From Rebecca billardiae RCC1528 (Eukaryota > Protista > Haptophyta): 64,000 bases of DNA. The notes beneath the pieces were generated by a model, which ran no database searches, was not told where the DNA came from, and saw only the letters and a list, made by a program, of their open reading frames with translations. Position 1 is the first letter of the stretch. Each line of letters begins with the position of its first letter. Shown piece after piece: positions 28,840-38,769 of the stretch. The position numbers and the translations under genes are program-made. The stretch lies in contig OZ251247.1 in the NCBI GenBank assembly GCA_965240325.2, positions 186,001 through 250,000 of the forward strand, given 5' to 3'.

Positions 28840-29942
28840 GTCAGGGAACGCGTCTCGAGGCTTGACGGTCGCGAGGTCGGTCGACGGCTTCGGCTCTTGT
28901 TTGCGGTGGTGAGCTCAGCGTGTTTTGTGTGATCGGCTCATGTTTCGTTCATTTCTAAGAAGCATCTGGAATGCTTCGAGATGTCGCCGCCAGGTCGCCG
29001 CCAGCCATGCTGTCCTGCTGTATTTTAGGATGAGGTTCAGGTCGATTTTGGAGGATTTTGTGCGAGCGCCGCCGCAGCGGTCGCGCCGCCACTGTGTGAC
29101 TGCGAGTAAAATGTTGGATTGGAAATTGGAAATCACTGTAGATTGGCGATTCCTTTGACAGCCGCATTAGACCCTCCGGAGCTAAGCCGCGCTGCGCGCG
29201 GCAATGAGTCAGACGGCCCTATCTACACTGCTACTGCGCTATACTCTCACTCTCTGTGAGTGTGACTGTCGCTGTCATCCAAGTTGTCACCGCACCATCC
29301 TCCTCCTCGTCCGCCGCTGCCGGCATATAGCCAGCCTCACCTCGCTCGATGCGGCACTCGAGCTCGGCCTCGATTCGCTTCCTCTTCGCACGGGAGTGAG
29401 CGCGGCGATGTCCTTGCAGTCGCCCTTGGCCTTGGTCAGCAGCGCATCCTCGTTGAGGCGGCAGAGCGCCCCATGGCCGGGCTCAGGAGCGGCGGCCACG
29501 CTTCGCATTCTGCACTGCATTGGCACAATGCGGCCTGAAAGCGGCGCTCGGGCTGTCAGATGAGAAACAGGACAAGCTGGACGACGACTGAATGCTCTCG
29601 GAATGACTTAAGACTTAGTAGCCAGGCTATTAATTTAATTGCGGCGTCACGGCGGCCGGTAATCCGATTGAATTGTTATTATTATTGAATAATTATACTA
29701 TAATCAATAATGCGGTGCACTCGAGTGCACGCACTCACTGGCCGGCGGAGCCGGCCCCGCACGCACTCACTCGTTCCTGCGGAGTCCTGGCGCCGCGCCA
29801 GCCGGACTCTGCACGCACTCACGCATGCCGGCCCTGGCACAGGCACGCACTCACTCGAAACCTGCACTCACTCCCAAGTCTGGGTCTCCCGCCCGCCGCG
29901 CGCTGAGCGCCCGCCGCGAGCAAGCAGGCGCGGATCGGCGGG

Positions 29943-31469
29943 ATGGCCACCGACGAGATGGCGGTCAACGCAACGCCGACGCGCGCGCTCGTCGACCTGC
30001 CGTCAGAGTTGCTCGACCGCATCATCTCACTCCTGCCGCCGCGCGACCTCACCCGCCTGAACGCTACCGCGCGCGTCTTCCACGCCGCGCCGCCCGGCGG
30101 GCGCTCGGCGGTCGAGCACGCGCTGCGCGAGCGCATGCGCACGCGGGGGCACGAGCGCGCGCTGCCGGCGTCGCTGCCCACGGGCGTGCGCACATGGACG
30201 GAGGAGCTGTTTTCGTGTGAGCGCTTGCTCGAGCTCGCATGCGCGCACGCATCCCCGGTCTCGCCAGGCGCTCAATTCAGCGCGTTTGTGGACGCGGACG
30301 GCGGGCTGCACACGTGCGGCGAGGAGCCGGTGTGGGCCGAGGACACCGGGGAGCCGACGGGCGAGTATCGTGAGCACGTGGCTGCTGGCCATCCGAACAC
30401 GTCGGCGGTGCGCGTGCCGACGCGCGTCGCCTCGCTCACCGCGGTGCGCGTGGTCGCGGTGGCCGCTGGAGACGCCCATCTGCTCGCGCTGAGCGACGCG
30501 GGCGCCGTGTACGGCTGCGGCGAGAACGAGCACGGCCAGGTGGGGCTGGGGGACACGCAGGAGCCACGCGCATTCGTCCCCATCAAAATACCGGCCAATG
30601 CGCCCGTCGTGGGCATCGTGGCCGGCCGCGTTCACAGCCTCGCGCTCAGCGCCGCTGGGTGCGCGTACAGCTGGGGCTACAACAGTGACGGCCAGCTCGG
30701 CCACGGCGACAAGGAGGACCGGTGGGAGCCGACGCGCATCGAGGCGCTTGGCGGCGTGCGCGTGGGCGGGATGACCGCGGGCGGTGTCCACACGCTGCTT
30801 CTCGCTGTGCATGGCGCCGTCTACTCGTGCGGCAGCTCGGACGCCGGCCAGCTCGGCCACGGCGACCAGGAGGAGCAGCCCACGCCGAAGCGCATCGAGG
30901 CGCTCGCGGGCGTGCGCGCCGTGCACGTGAGCGCGGGCTATGTGCACAGCCTGGTGGTGGACAAGGAGGGTGGCGTGCACTCGTTTGGATACACTATCAG
31001 CGGCTGTCTCGGCTACAGGGTCCGCGAAGCCGTGCAGCTATCACCCAGGCCCATTGAGGCCCTTGCGGGCGTGCACGCCGTGCGCGCCAGCTGCGCTCTC
31101 AGCAGCAGCGCGGTGCTGGGCGCGGACGGCAGCGTGTACACGTTCGGGGAAAGCCGGTGCGGCCAGCTGGGGCTGCGGCGCGATCGCAATGCCGTCCAGG
31201 CTCCCACTCGCGTAAGTGCCCTCGCACACGTGCGAGTGGTGCGCTGTGCCATGGGCGACTCACACTCGCTGTTTGTGAGTGCGGACGGCAGCGTGTACGC
31301 GTGCGGCAGGCGGTCGGCTGCGCTCGGCCTCGGCATGAGCGCGGCCGAGCGAGACGAGCCCGCCCGGCGTACTGGTACGCCTACGCACGTCTCGACGGCG
31401 TGGCGTGCGCGCCTATCTGCTGATGCGTGGTTGTGGCCACGCCCCACCGCTCCGGTGCATGACCAGTGA
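29943..31469 (+). CDS. F-box + RCC1-repeat protein, copy E
   Basis: LVDLPSELLDRIISLL F-box, seven blades, C-terminal extension RLSADAWLWPRP. Confidence 0.92.
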   Translation: MATDEMAVNATPTRALVDLPSELLDRIISLLPPRDLTRLNATARVFHAAPPGGRSAVEHALRERMRTRGHERALPASLPTGVRTWTEELFSCERLLELACAHASPVSPGAQFSAFVDADGGLHTCGEEPVWAEDTGEPTGEYREHVAAGHPNTSAVRVPTRVASLTAVRVVAVAAGDAHLLALSDAGAVYGCGENEHGQVGLGDTQEPRAFVPIKIPANAPVVGIVAGRVHSLALSAAGCAYSWGYNSDGQLGHGDKEDRWEPTRIEALGGVRVGGMTAGGVHTLLLAVHGAVYSCGSSDAGQLGHGDQEEQPTPKRIEALAGVRAVHVSAGYVHSLVVDKEGGVHSFGYTISGCLGYRVREAVQLSPRPIEALAGVHAVRASCALSSSAVLGADGSVYTFGESRCGQLGLRRDRNAVQAPTRVSALAHVRVVRCAMGDSHSLFVSADGSVYACGRRSAALGLGMSAAERDEPARRTGTPTHVSTAWRARLSADAWLWPRPTAPVHDQ

Positions 31470-31921
31470 GCAGAGGAGTGACAGGCCGCGGGTAGCCGGG
31501 GACTGCGGCTCGCCCGCCCGGCGGCTCGGCAGGCTGCACTCCGATCCCTGAGTCATCCCCGCTGCACGCGCAGCACGGACCACCATGCGGCCACCGCGCA
31601 GCCGCCGCCCAGCGAGCCAAGGCTGGTGCATGGCACCGGTCCGACGGGGTCAGCGCATTGCCTCGGCCCTCTCGGCCTGCGTCACCGGGCGTGCGGTGCC
31701 GTCGTCCCACGGCAGCCGTCTGTCTGTCACCTATACACAGTCCTAGAACGAGTCCGGGCGAGTTATCACGAGTCACGACGAGTACATTAGGCGGCTCTGA
31801 GAGGCAGCAGTTTGGCAGTCCGGGCGTGTCGCCGGCTGCCCGCTCTGGCTGGGCAAGCCGCAAGCGTCCGAGTCGCCGGCGCCGGCCGCGGGCGCGGACA
31901 GCAGGCGCGCGGATCGGCGAG

Positions 31922-33397
31922 ATGGCCACCGACGAGTTGGGCGGCACCGCGCAACCGACGCGCGCGCTCGGCGACCTGCCGCCAGAGGTGCTCGACCGCA
32001 TCATCTCGCTCCTGCCGCCGCGCGACCTTGCCAGCCTGAACGCCACCGCGCGCCTCTTCCACGCCGCGCCGCCCGGCGGCCGCTCGCCGGTCGAGCACGC
32101 GCTGCGCGAGCGTGCGCGCGCGCGCGGGCACGAGCGCGCGCTGCTGGCGACGCTGCCCTCCGACGCGGGCACGTGGACGGGGGAATTATTCGTGCGCGAG
32201 CGCGTCCTCGAGCTCGCATGTGCGCATGCACCACCCGTGGCGGCAGGCCACAACTTCAGCGCGTTTGTGGACGCGGAGGGCGGGCTGCACGCGTGCGGCG
32301 AGCAGCCGGTGGAGGACGCGCACACCCTGCAGCCGACGGGCGAGTGGCGAGCGCACATCGCCATTGGTCACTCGGGCGTGCGTGTAGTGCGCGTGCCGAC
32401 GCGCGTCGCCTCCTGCAGCGGTATGCGTGTGGCAGCGGTGGTCGCTGGCACCCACCACCTGCTCGCGCTCAGCGATGCCGGCGCCGTGTACGGCTGCGGC
32501 TACAACTACCACGGCCAGCTCGGGCTGGGGGACACGGAGGAGCGGCGCGAGTTTGAGCCGATCGTGGCGCTCGCTGGCGCCGTGGTGGTGGGCATCGCGG
32601 CTGGCTACGACCACAGCCTCGCGCTCACCGCCGCTGGGTGTGCGTACAGCTGGGGCGCCAACGACTTCGGCCAGCTCGGCCACGGCGACACAGAGGACCG
32701 GTGGGAGCCGACGCGCATCGAGGCGCTGGACGGTGTGCGCGTGGGTGGTGTGGCGGCGGGTGCTGAGCACACGTTGCTGCTATCTGCGCACGGCGGCGCC
32801 GTGTATTCGTGCGGTTATGGCCAGCTTGGCCGTCTCGGCCACGGTGACGAGCAGGATCAGCACACGCCGAGGCGCATCGAGGCGCTCGCGGGCGTGCGCG
32901 CCGTGCACGTGAGCGCGGGCTACGCGCACAGCCTGGTGGTGGACGCAGACGGGCTGGTCTACTCGTTCGGATCCAATGGGCAAGTCCAACTCGGCCACGG
33001 TTTCCGTGGGCTACTTGCCACGCCCCGGCGCATCGAGGCGCTCGCTGATGTGCGCGCTGTGCGCACGTGCGCTGGCTTCCACTGCAGCGCGGTGGTGTGC
33101 GCGGACGGCAGCGTGCACACGTTTGGGAGCAACGAGGACGGCCAGCTCGGATTGGGGCGCGGAGAGGCGGGCGTCAACGCTCCCACGCGCGCGCTCGCCC
33201 TCACCCAAGCTCGTGTGGTGCGCTGTGCCATGGGCGACTCACACTCGCTGTTTGTGACAGCGGACGGCAGCGTGCACGCGTGCGGCAGGCGGTCGGCTGC
33301 GCTCGGCCTCGGCATGAGCGCGGCCGAGCAAGACGAGCCCACCCAGCGGATTGACACGCCTGTGTGCGTCGAGACGGGGTGGCGTGCGCTTGCCTAG
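31922..33397 (+). CDS. F-box + RCC1-repeat protein, copy F
   Basis: Same N-terminus as D and G; seven blades. Confidence 0.92.
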   Translation: MATDELGGTAQPTRALGDLPPEVLDRIISLLPPRDLASLNATARLFHAAPPGGRSPVEHALRERARARGHERALLATLPSDAGTWTGELFVRERVLELACAHAPPVAAGHNFSAFVDAEGGLHACGEQPVEDAHTLQPTGEWRAHIAIGHSGVRVVRVPTRVASCSGMRVAAVVAGTHHLLALSDAGAVYGCGYNYHGQLGLGDTEERREFEPIVALAGAVVVGIAAGYDHSLALTAAGCAYSWGANDFGQLGHGDTEDRWEPTRIEALDGVRVGGVAAGAEHTLLLSAHGGAVYSCGYGQLGRLGHGDEQDQHTPRRIEALAGVRAVHVSAGYAHSLVVDADGLVYSFGSNGQVQLGHGFRGLLATPRRIEALADVRAVRTCAGFHCSAVVCADGSVHTFGSNEDGQLGLGRGEAGVNAPTRALALTQARVVRCAMGDSHSLFVTADGSVHACGRRSAALGLGMSAAEQDEPTQRIDTPVCVETGWRALA

Positions 33398-33424
33398 CGC
33401 GCACGGACTAGTTGGCGTTGGCGA

Positions 33425-34044
33425 GGGGTGCTCGACCCGCCGTAACGACCCGCCAGGCCGTTACAGGGCCATTACTCATTAGATAAGGCGGTGCGTCCAT
33501 TCACTGGAGTACGACTGCTCGGACGGCGGATTCGCGAGCAATAACTCCAGACGTCCCTCGATCGCTGCTGCGATTCGCAGCTTCCGGACAGCTTGGCAGC
33601 TAGACAGTCGGGCACGCACACGCAAGCTCGCCTTACGCGTGCCCCCACTCACACTTCTGTCACTTACGCACACGCGCACGCGCACTCATGACTCAGGGCA
33701 CCGCACCTCGAGTTCGACTGTGGTCGGTGAGGAGGAGTGTCCGAGTAGACTGGGCACCAGTCCTCGGTGACACCGTTCCACAGGAGTCGCGGGTAAGTTT
33801 CCGCATCTACCCGCACGCCACCGGCGGAGGCACGATCTCACTACTATCTCGGCAGCCCCAAGCCCCGAGCCGGGTACTCCAGCCTCTGGAGTCTGGGGCT
33901 GACTCATCAATCAGCAGTCCATGATGAATCGGACCCCGTCCGCCTGCCCTTCGGGGCCGGTCCTTAGCCCGCCTGGTCGCTTCCGGTGGACCTATCGCCC
34001 ACACGCGCGGTAGGGAGCACCCACGCTTCTTCTTCAGTCTAACA
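33425..34044. mobile_element. About 0.6-kb lower-GC insertion in the F-G spacer (possible solo LTR or TE remnant)
   Basis: Absent from the homologous C-D and D-E spacers. Ends in ...CTAACA directly before the conserved spacer block GTGGGTACGAGCTGAG. Short inverted repeat GGGTGCTC/GAGCACCC near its ends. No clean TG start or TSD. Confidence 0.35.
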
Positions 34045-34278
34045 GTGGGTACGAGCTGAGTCCGCATACTGCCAAATAGCTATGCGGACGAGAACTTCGT
34101 CAGGCTGTTGCTGGTGTGTTCATCCGGATGCTCGGTGTTGGCCTGTTGGGGTTGCTGCGGAAATCCGGAAGGCGGGCCGGGTGAGGGTCCGGCCTGGGCA
34201 GGACCTGTCATTGGGGTCTAGCTCCCGCCCGCCGCCGCGCTGAGCGCCCGCCGCGAGCAGCAGGCGCGGATTGGCGAG

Positions 34279-35826
34279 ATGGCCACCGACGAGTTGGGCG
34301 GCACCGCGCAACCGACGCGCGCGCTCGGCGACCTGCCGCCAGAGGTGCTCGACCGCATCATCTCACTCCTGCCGCTGCGCAACCTTGCCAGCCTGAACGC
34401 GAGCGCGCGCCTCTTCCACGCCGCGCCGCCCGGCGGGTGCTCGCCGGTCGAGCGCGCGCTGCGCGAGCGCGCGCGTGCACGCGGGCACGAGCGCGCGCTG
34501 CTGGCGACGCTGCCCTTCGACGCGGGCACGTGGACGGGGGAATTGTTCATGCGCGAGCGCGTCCTCGAGCTCGCATGTGCGCATGCATCTCCCGTGGCGG
34601 CCGGCTACGACTTCAGCGCGTTTGTGGACGCGGAGGGCGGGCTGCACACGTGCGGCGAGGAGGGGGTGCGGGATGATCGCTTCCAGTTGACGGGCGAGTG
34701 GCGAGCGCACATCGCCATTGGCCACTCGGGCGTGCGTGTAGTGCGCGCGCCGACGCGCGTCGCCACGCTCAGCGCGGTGCGCGTGGTCGCGGTGGCCGCC
34801 GGCAGGTCCCACCTGCTCGCGCTGAGCGAGGCCGGCGCCGTGTACGGCTGCGGCTACAACAGGTACGGCCAGCTGGGGCTGGGGGACAAGGAGGAGCGCC
34901 GCGAGTTTGAGCCGATCGTGGCGCTCGCTGGCGCCGTGGTGTTGGGCATCGCCGCTGGCGGGTCCCACAGCCTCGCGCTCACGGCCGCTGGGTGCGCGTA
35001 CAGCTGGGGCTTCAACAGTGACGGCCAGCTCGGCCACGGCGACACAAAGGAGCGGTGCGAGCCGACGCGCATCGAGGCGCTGGACGGCGTGCGCGTCGGC
35101 GGCGTTGCAGCTGGGGGTTATCACACGCTACTGCTCTCGGTGCAGGGCGCCGTCTACTCGTGCGGCATTGGCAAGGATGGCCGTCTCGGCCACGGCGACC
35201 AGGAGGTTCATAACACGCCGAGGCGCACGGCGAGGCGCACGCCGACGCGCATCGAGGCGCTCGCGGGGGTGCGCGCCGTGCACGTGAGCGCGGGCTGGGA
35301 GCACAGCCTGGTCGTGGACGCGGAGGGTGGCGCGCACTCGTTTGGGGGTGGCTCGTCCGGCAGGCTTGGCCACGGAGGCAAGCGCGACCAGCGCACGCCG
35401 AGGCGGATTGACGCCCTCGCCGGTGTGCGCGCAGTGCGCGCGTGCGCTGGCGACAACAGCAGCGCGGTGCTGGGCGCGGACGGCAGCGTGCACACGTTCG
35501 GGGGCAACGAGTACGGCCTGCTCGGACTGGGGTCCCAAAAGATGCGGCATGCCGTTCCGTCGCACGTGGCTGCCCTCGCTCCTCTCCGCGTGGTGCGCTG
35601 TGCCATGGGCCACTCCCACTCGCTGTTTGTGAGTGCGGACGGCAGCGTGTACGCGTGCGGCAGGCGCTCGGCTGCGCTCGGCCTCGGCATGAGCGAGGAT
35701 GATGAGCAAGACGAGCCCACCCATCGGGCTGCCACGCCCGCGTGCGTCGAGACGGCGTGGCGCGTGCGCCTGTCTGCCGATACGTGGGTATGGCGACGCC
35801 CCGCCGCGCCGTTGCAGGGCCAGTGA
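34279..35826 (+). CDS. F-box + RCC1-repeat protein, copy G
   Basis: Seven blades, short internal duplication (TPRRTARRTPTR), E-like C-terminal extension. Confidence 0.92.
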   Translation: MATDELGGTAQPTRALGDLPPEVLDRIISLLPLRNLASLNASARLFHAAPPGGCSPVERALRERARARGHERALLATLPFDAGTWTGELFMRERVLELACAHASPVAAGYDFSAFVDAEGGLHTCGEEGVRDDRFQLTGEWRAHIAIGHSGVRVVRAPTRVATLSAVRVVAVAAGRSHLLALSEAGAVYGCGYNRYGQLGLGDKEERREFEPIVALAGAVVLGIAAGGSHSLALTAAGCAYSWGFNSDGQLGHGDTKERCEPTRIEALDGVRVGGVAAGGYHTLLLSVQGAVYSCGIGKDGRLGHGDQEVHNTPRRTARRTPTRIEALAGVRAVHVSAGWEHSLVVDAEGGAHSFGGGSSGRLGHGGKRDQRTPRRIDALAGVRAVRACAGDNSSAVLGADGSVHTFGGNEYGLLGLGSQKMRHAVPSHVAALAPLRVVRCAMGHSHSLFVSADGSVYACGRRSAALGLGMSEDDEQDEPTHRAATPACVETAWRVRLSADTWVWRRPAAPLQGQ

Positions 35827-36024
35827 GCAGTGGCGACAGCACTGTGACATAGCAGCTGCATGATGCCGATACGCGCTGCAGCCGCCGCTGCACGGGCCAC
35901 CGGACGAGGCCACCTGATGGCAGGCCGAATGACGGTGGCGCACGGACGGCGGTGATGTGGCCGCCGAGTGTGCGTCCGGACTCCGTGAGTAGTCCGTGCG
36001 TCACGAGCGTACTGACTCACTGCT

Positions 36025-36934
36025 GGCCTGTTTTATTTCTACCAGATTCCATTTACTATGTCACGGCGACAAACCCGTGCCCGCCAGTGGGAATCGGTGT
36101 CACGCCCCGTTCAGTGTACCTCTCACGGCCGATGGCGGCCCCGGCGTGCGCGAGGAATGCGATTCCTGCACTCCTCGGTGACCGGTGAGTGCAGGAATCC
36201 AGTTGTGGCGCTCGTCCGCCTCGTCGTCGTCGCACACGAGGTACACTGAAGAGCACGGGTCAGAAGCCAGATCTCTCTGCGCGCTCGCACCCGCGCGGCG
36301 AGGCACTGGCAGGCTTGTTCTGGCATCATCTTGGCCAAGACTGCAGCCTGCCAGATGCGCGAGGACGCGTGTGCACGCCTTTCCCGCGTCATGGGTGCGC
36401 GTGGCACGCACCCTGTCGTCATCTACGCCGAGGAGGCCTGAGCAACCAGCCCACCAACCTGCCGTGACCACGTTCAAATGCAGGCGGCAAGCTGCATGCG
36501 AGCGCACGCAACGGAAGCATCTCACGCTCGACAAGGAAGTGGCGGCGGAGCGAGTGTAGCTGGTATCGTTTGCAGCCCATCGGTTGTTCAACAATCCTGG
36601 TTCAGCAACTGACACGGGCGCGACGCAGCCAAGGCAGAGTGCTTGCAGCTCGCAGCGCGCCCGCAACTGCGGTTTGCCGCCGCGGCGCGGCGATCGTCAC
36701 ACCGCCGTGCGCTGCGAGTGACCTCTGTGTCATGGCGAAGCACCATGGCAAGGCTAAGCAGCATGCCTTGGCAACACCTTTCGCTACAGCTCAGCGCCCT
36801 AGTACGAACATGCGCCAACGACGTGCCATCCCTACTCCGCAATCGCGCCGGCACCCACCACCAGCGGGCAAGCCGCCATTTTACCCGGTTTTGGCGAATG
36901 TCGCCGTTGGGCTCTCGTAGAAATAAAACAGGCC
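36025..36934. mobile_element. MITE-like element (910 bp) with 18-bp TIRs and 4-bp TSD
   Basis: GGCCTGTTTTATTTCTAC (36025-36042) and GTAGAAATAAAACAGGCC (36917-36934), with TGCT on both flanks. Non-coding interior. Confidence 0.8.
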
Positions 36935-36947
36935 TGCTAAGCCACGC

Positions 36948-37056
36948 AACTCAGGCGAGTCCAACTACTACTAACTTCGGCGAGTCCAACTACTACCAAC
37001 TTCGGCGAGTCCAACTACTACTAACTCAGGCGAGTCCAACTACTATTAACTTCGGC
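36948..37056. repeat. 25-bp tandem repeat (GGCGAGTCCAACTACTACTAACTTC), about 4.3 copies
   Basis: Units start at 36954, 36979, 37004 and 37029. Confidence 0.92.
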
Positions 37057-37790
37057 CACAACATCACCCACCAGCTGCTGACCAAGAACAGGCTACACCA
37101 TCGTCCACCATGACCTGCCACTGACCAAGTAGGCGACGACATCATCCGCACCAGCTGCTGACCAAGTAGGGGACGGCCTGGCCGACGCCAACATGCTCAC
37201 TCGCCTTTGATTTCGTACCCATGCACTTCCTGGTGGGCCTGACGACGTCCGGACGACGACAACAACGACATCCGCCATGGGGACCAACATCAACGCGCTC
37301 ACACCACTGCCACTGCTGCAAGCTTCGACCAGTACCACTACAGACGAATCAGGAGAGCTGCGCCCTCGTGCCTGTGTCTTTAAATCATAGAATTGGTCCG
37401 GGCTGCCTGCATCTGATGCGCAGGCCAGTGCGTTGTGAACAGCGCAGGCCGGTGCATCTCCGGCCGGGGCACGCTAGTCGAGGACAGCGGCAACCTATTG
37501 AGCACAGCGCTGCCCAGAACACGCGATGCCAACCTAGCCCCCCGATGATCGGCGCTCGGCGCGCGGCCGCGCCGTAGGACAGTGCCCGCTGAAGTAAATC
37601 GCGCGGGGAGGAGCGGGCCCGTGCGGCTTGATGACCGAAGCTTCGCTCCGCTTCGAACCGGCGCGCAGCTTCTGCCGCCCCAGCGCGCTCCAGCTCTTCA
37701 GCAGCGACGAAGCGGCACCGGGCGGCGCAGCGGCGCTTGCGCAGCGCGCCGTTCGGAACCTGCGCGCGCGTTGTGCCCAGCGCCGCCAAG

Positions 37791-38736
37791 ATGCATCAGC
37801 GGCGCGCGTGCGCACCCCCGCACCACGCGCCGGGCGTGGGCGACGGCGGCATGCCGGCTGGCGCGCTCGCGGGCACCGCCCGGCACCCGCGCGCCGCGCC
37901 CGACCTCGCCGACCCCGCCGCCGCCTCCGCCGCCGCGGCCGACGTGGCCGTTGCCACCGGCGGCAGCGGCGGCGCGGCCGGCGCCGCGTGCGACGGCGGC
38001 GCCGGCGGCGCGTCGCCGATCGCGCGGCTGCCGGCGGACGTGCTGAGCGCGGTGCTCTCGCTCGACGCGTCCCCCGCGGACATGATCGCCGCGCAGCTCG
38101 TCTGCCGCGCGTGGCACGCCGCCCTCCTCTCGGACGAATCCGCATGGCAGAGCCTCGTGCTCCGCACCTGGCGGCTGGACGGCGACTCGCGCGGCGCGCG
38201 CAACCGCTACGGCGAGCGCTCGTGGCGCCGCGTGTTCCTCGCGTTCTCGCGGCGGTGGCGGCTGCCCGACACGCCGCACACCGCGCCCACGCGCACCGTC
38301 GTCTTTGGCCGCGGCGGCGGTCGGCTGGGCGGCGGCGTGGCGGCGGACGGCGCGCGCGCGCCGCGCGCGCTGGGCGGCGGCGGCGGCGGCGGCGGCAGCG
38401 CGGCGGCGGTGGCGCCGCCGCAGCCGCCGGCGCGCGTGGTGGCGTGGGTGTGCGTCGCGCACGCCGCGTCGGGCCAGCTGCCCACCAGCGCGCCCTTCGA
38501 CCCGCGCGAGGCAGCCGCGCTCGGCGGCTGGGCGGTGGAGCGCGTGGCGGCGTGGGCCGCGCAGGGGTACAGGCCCGGCGGCGGCGGTGGCGGTGGCGGC
38601 GGCGGCGCGCGCGCCTCGTCGTTCCTCCCGCTCAAGCTCGTGCTGCTCAACAACGGCGCCGCGCCCGTGCGCGTGCCGCTGCGCTCCGCCTCTCTCCTCA
38701 TGCGCTCCGCGGCCGCATCCGCATCCGCTGCTGGCA

Positions 38737-38769
<33 letters not shown>

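Larger units (their letters stand above)
25671..29160 (-). mobile_element. Gag-only, non-autonomous LTR retrotransposon (3.49 kb)
   Basis: 322-bp LTRs at 25671-25992 and 28839-29160, outer termini TGTCA...TGACA, identical by eye except one base at the PPT boundary. 5-bp TSD GCCGC. Polypurine tract (C-run at 25992-26000 on +). No protease, integrase or RT. Confidence 0.92.
25382..29882. mobile_element. hAT-type non-autonomous element (about 1.0 kb native length) interrupted by an LTR element
   Basis: 20-bp TIRs CAGACTTGGGAGTGAGTGCA (25382-25401) and TGCACTCACTCCCAAGTCTG (29863-29882). Perfect 8-bp TSD GGTCTCCC (25374-25381, 29883-29890). Many subterminal GCACTCAC motifs. The uninterrupted homologous site is seen upstream of copy G. 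Confidence 0.92.

Noticed and set aside
17648-35826. Calling the RCC1 genes UVR8 photoreceptors or true RCC1
   Set aside because: No conserved GWRHT triad or VP-containing tail; they carry an N-terminal F-box and the equivalent positions are hypervariable.
36948-37056. CRISPR-like array
   Set aside because: Head-to-tail tandem repeat with no unique spacers.
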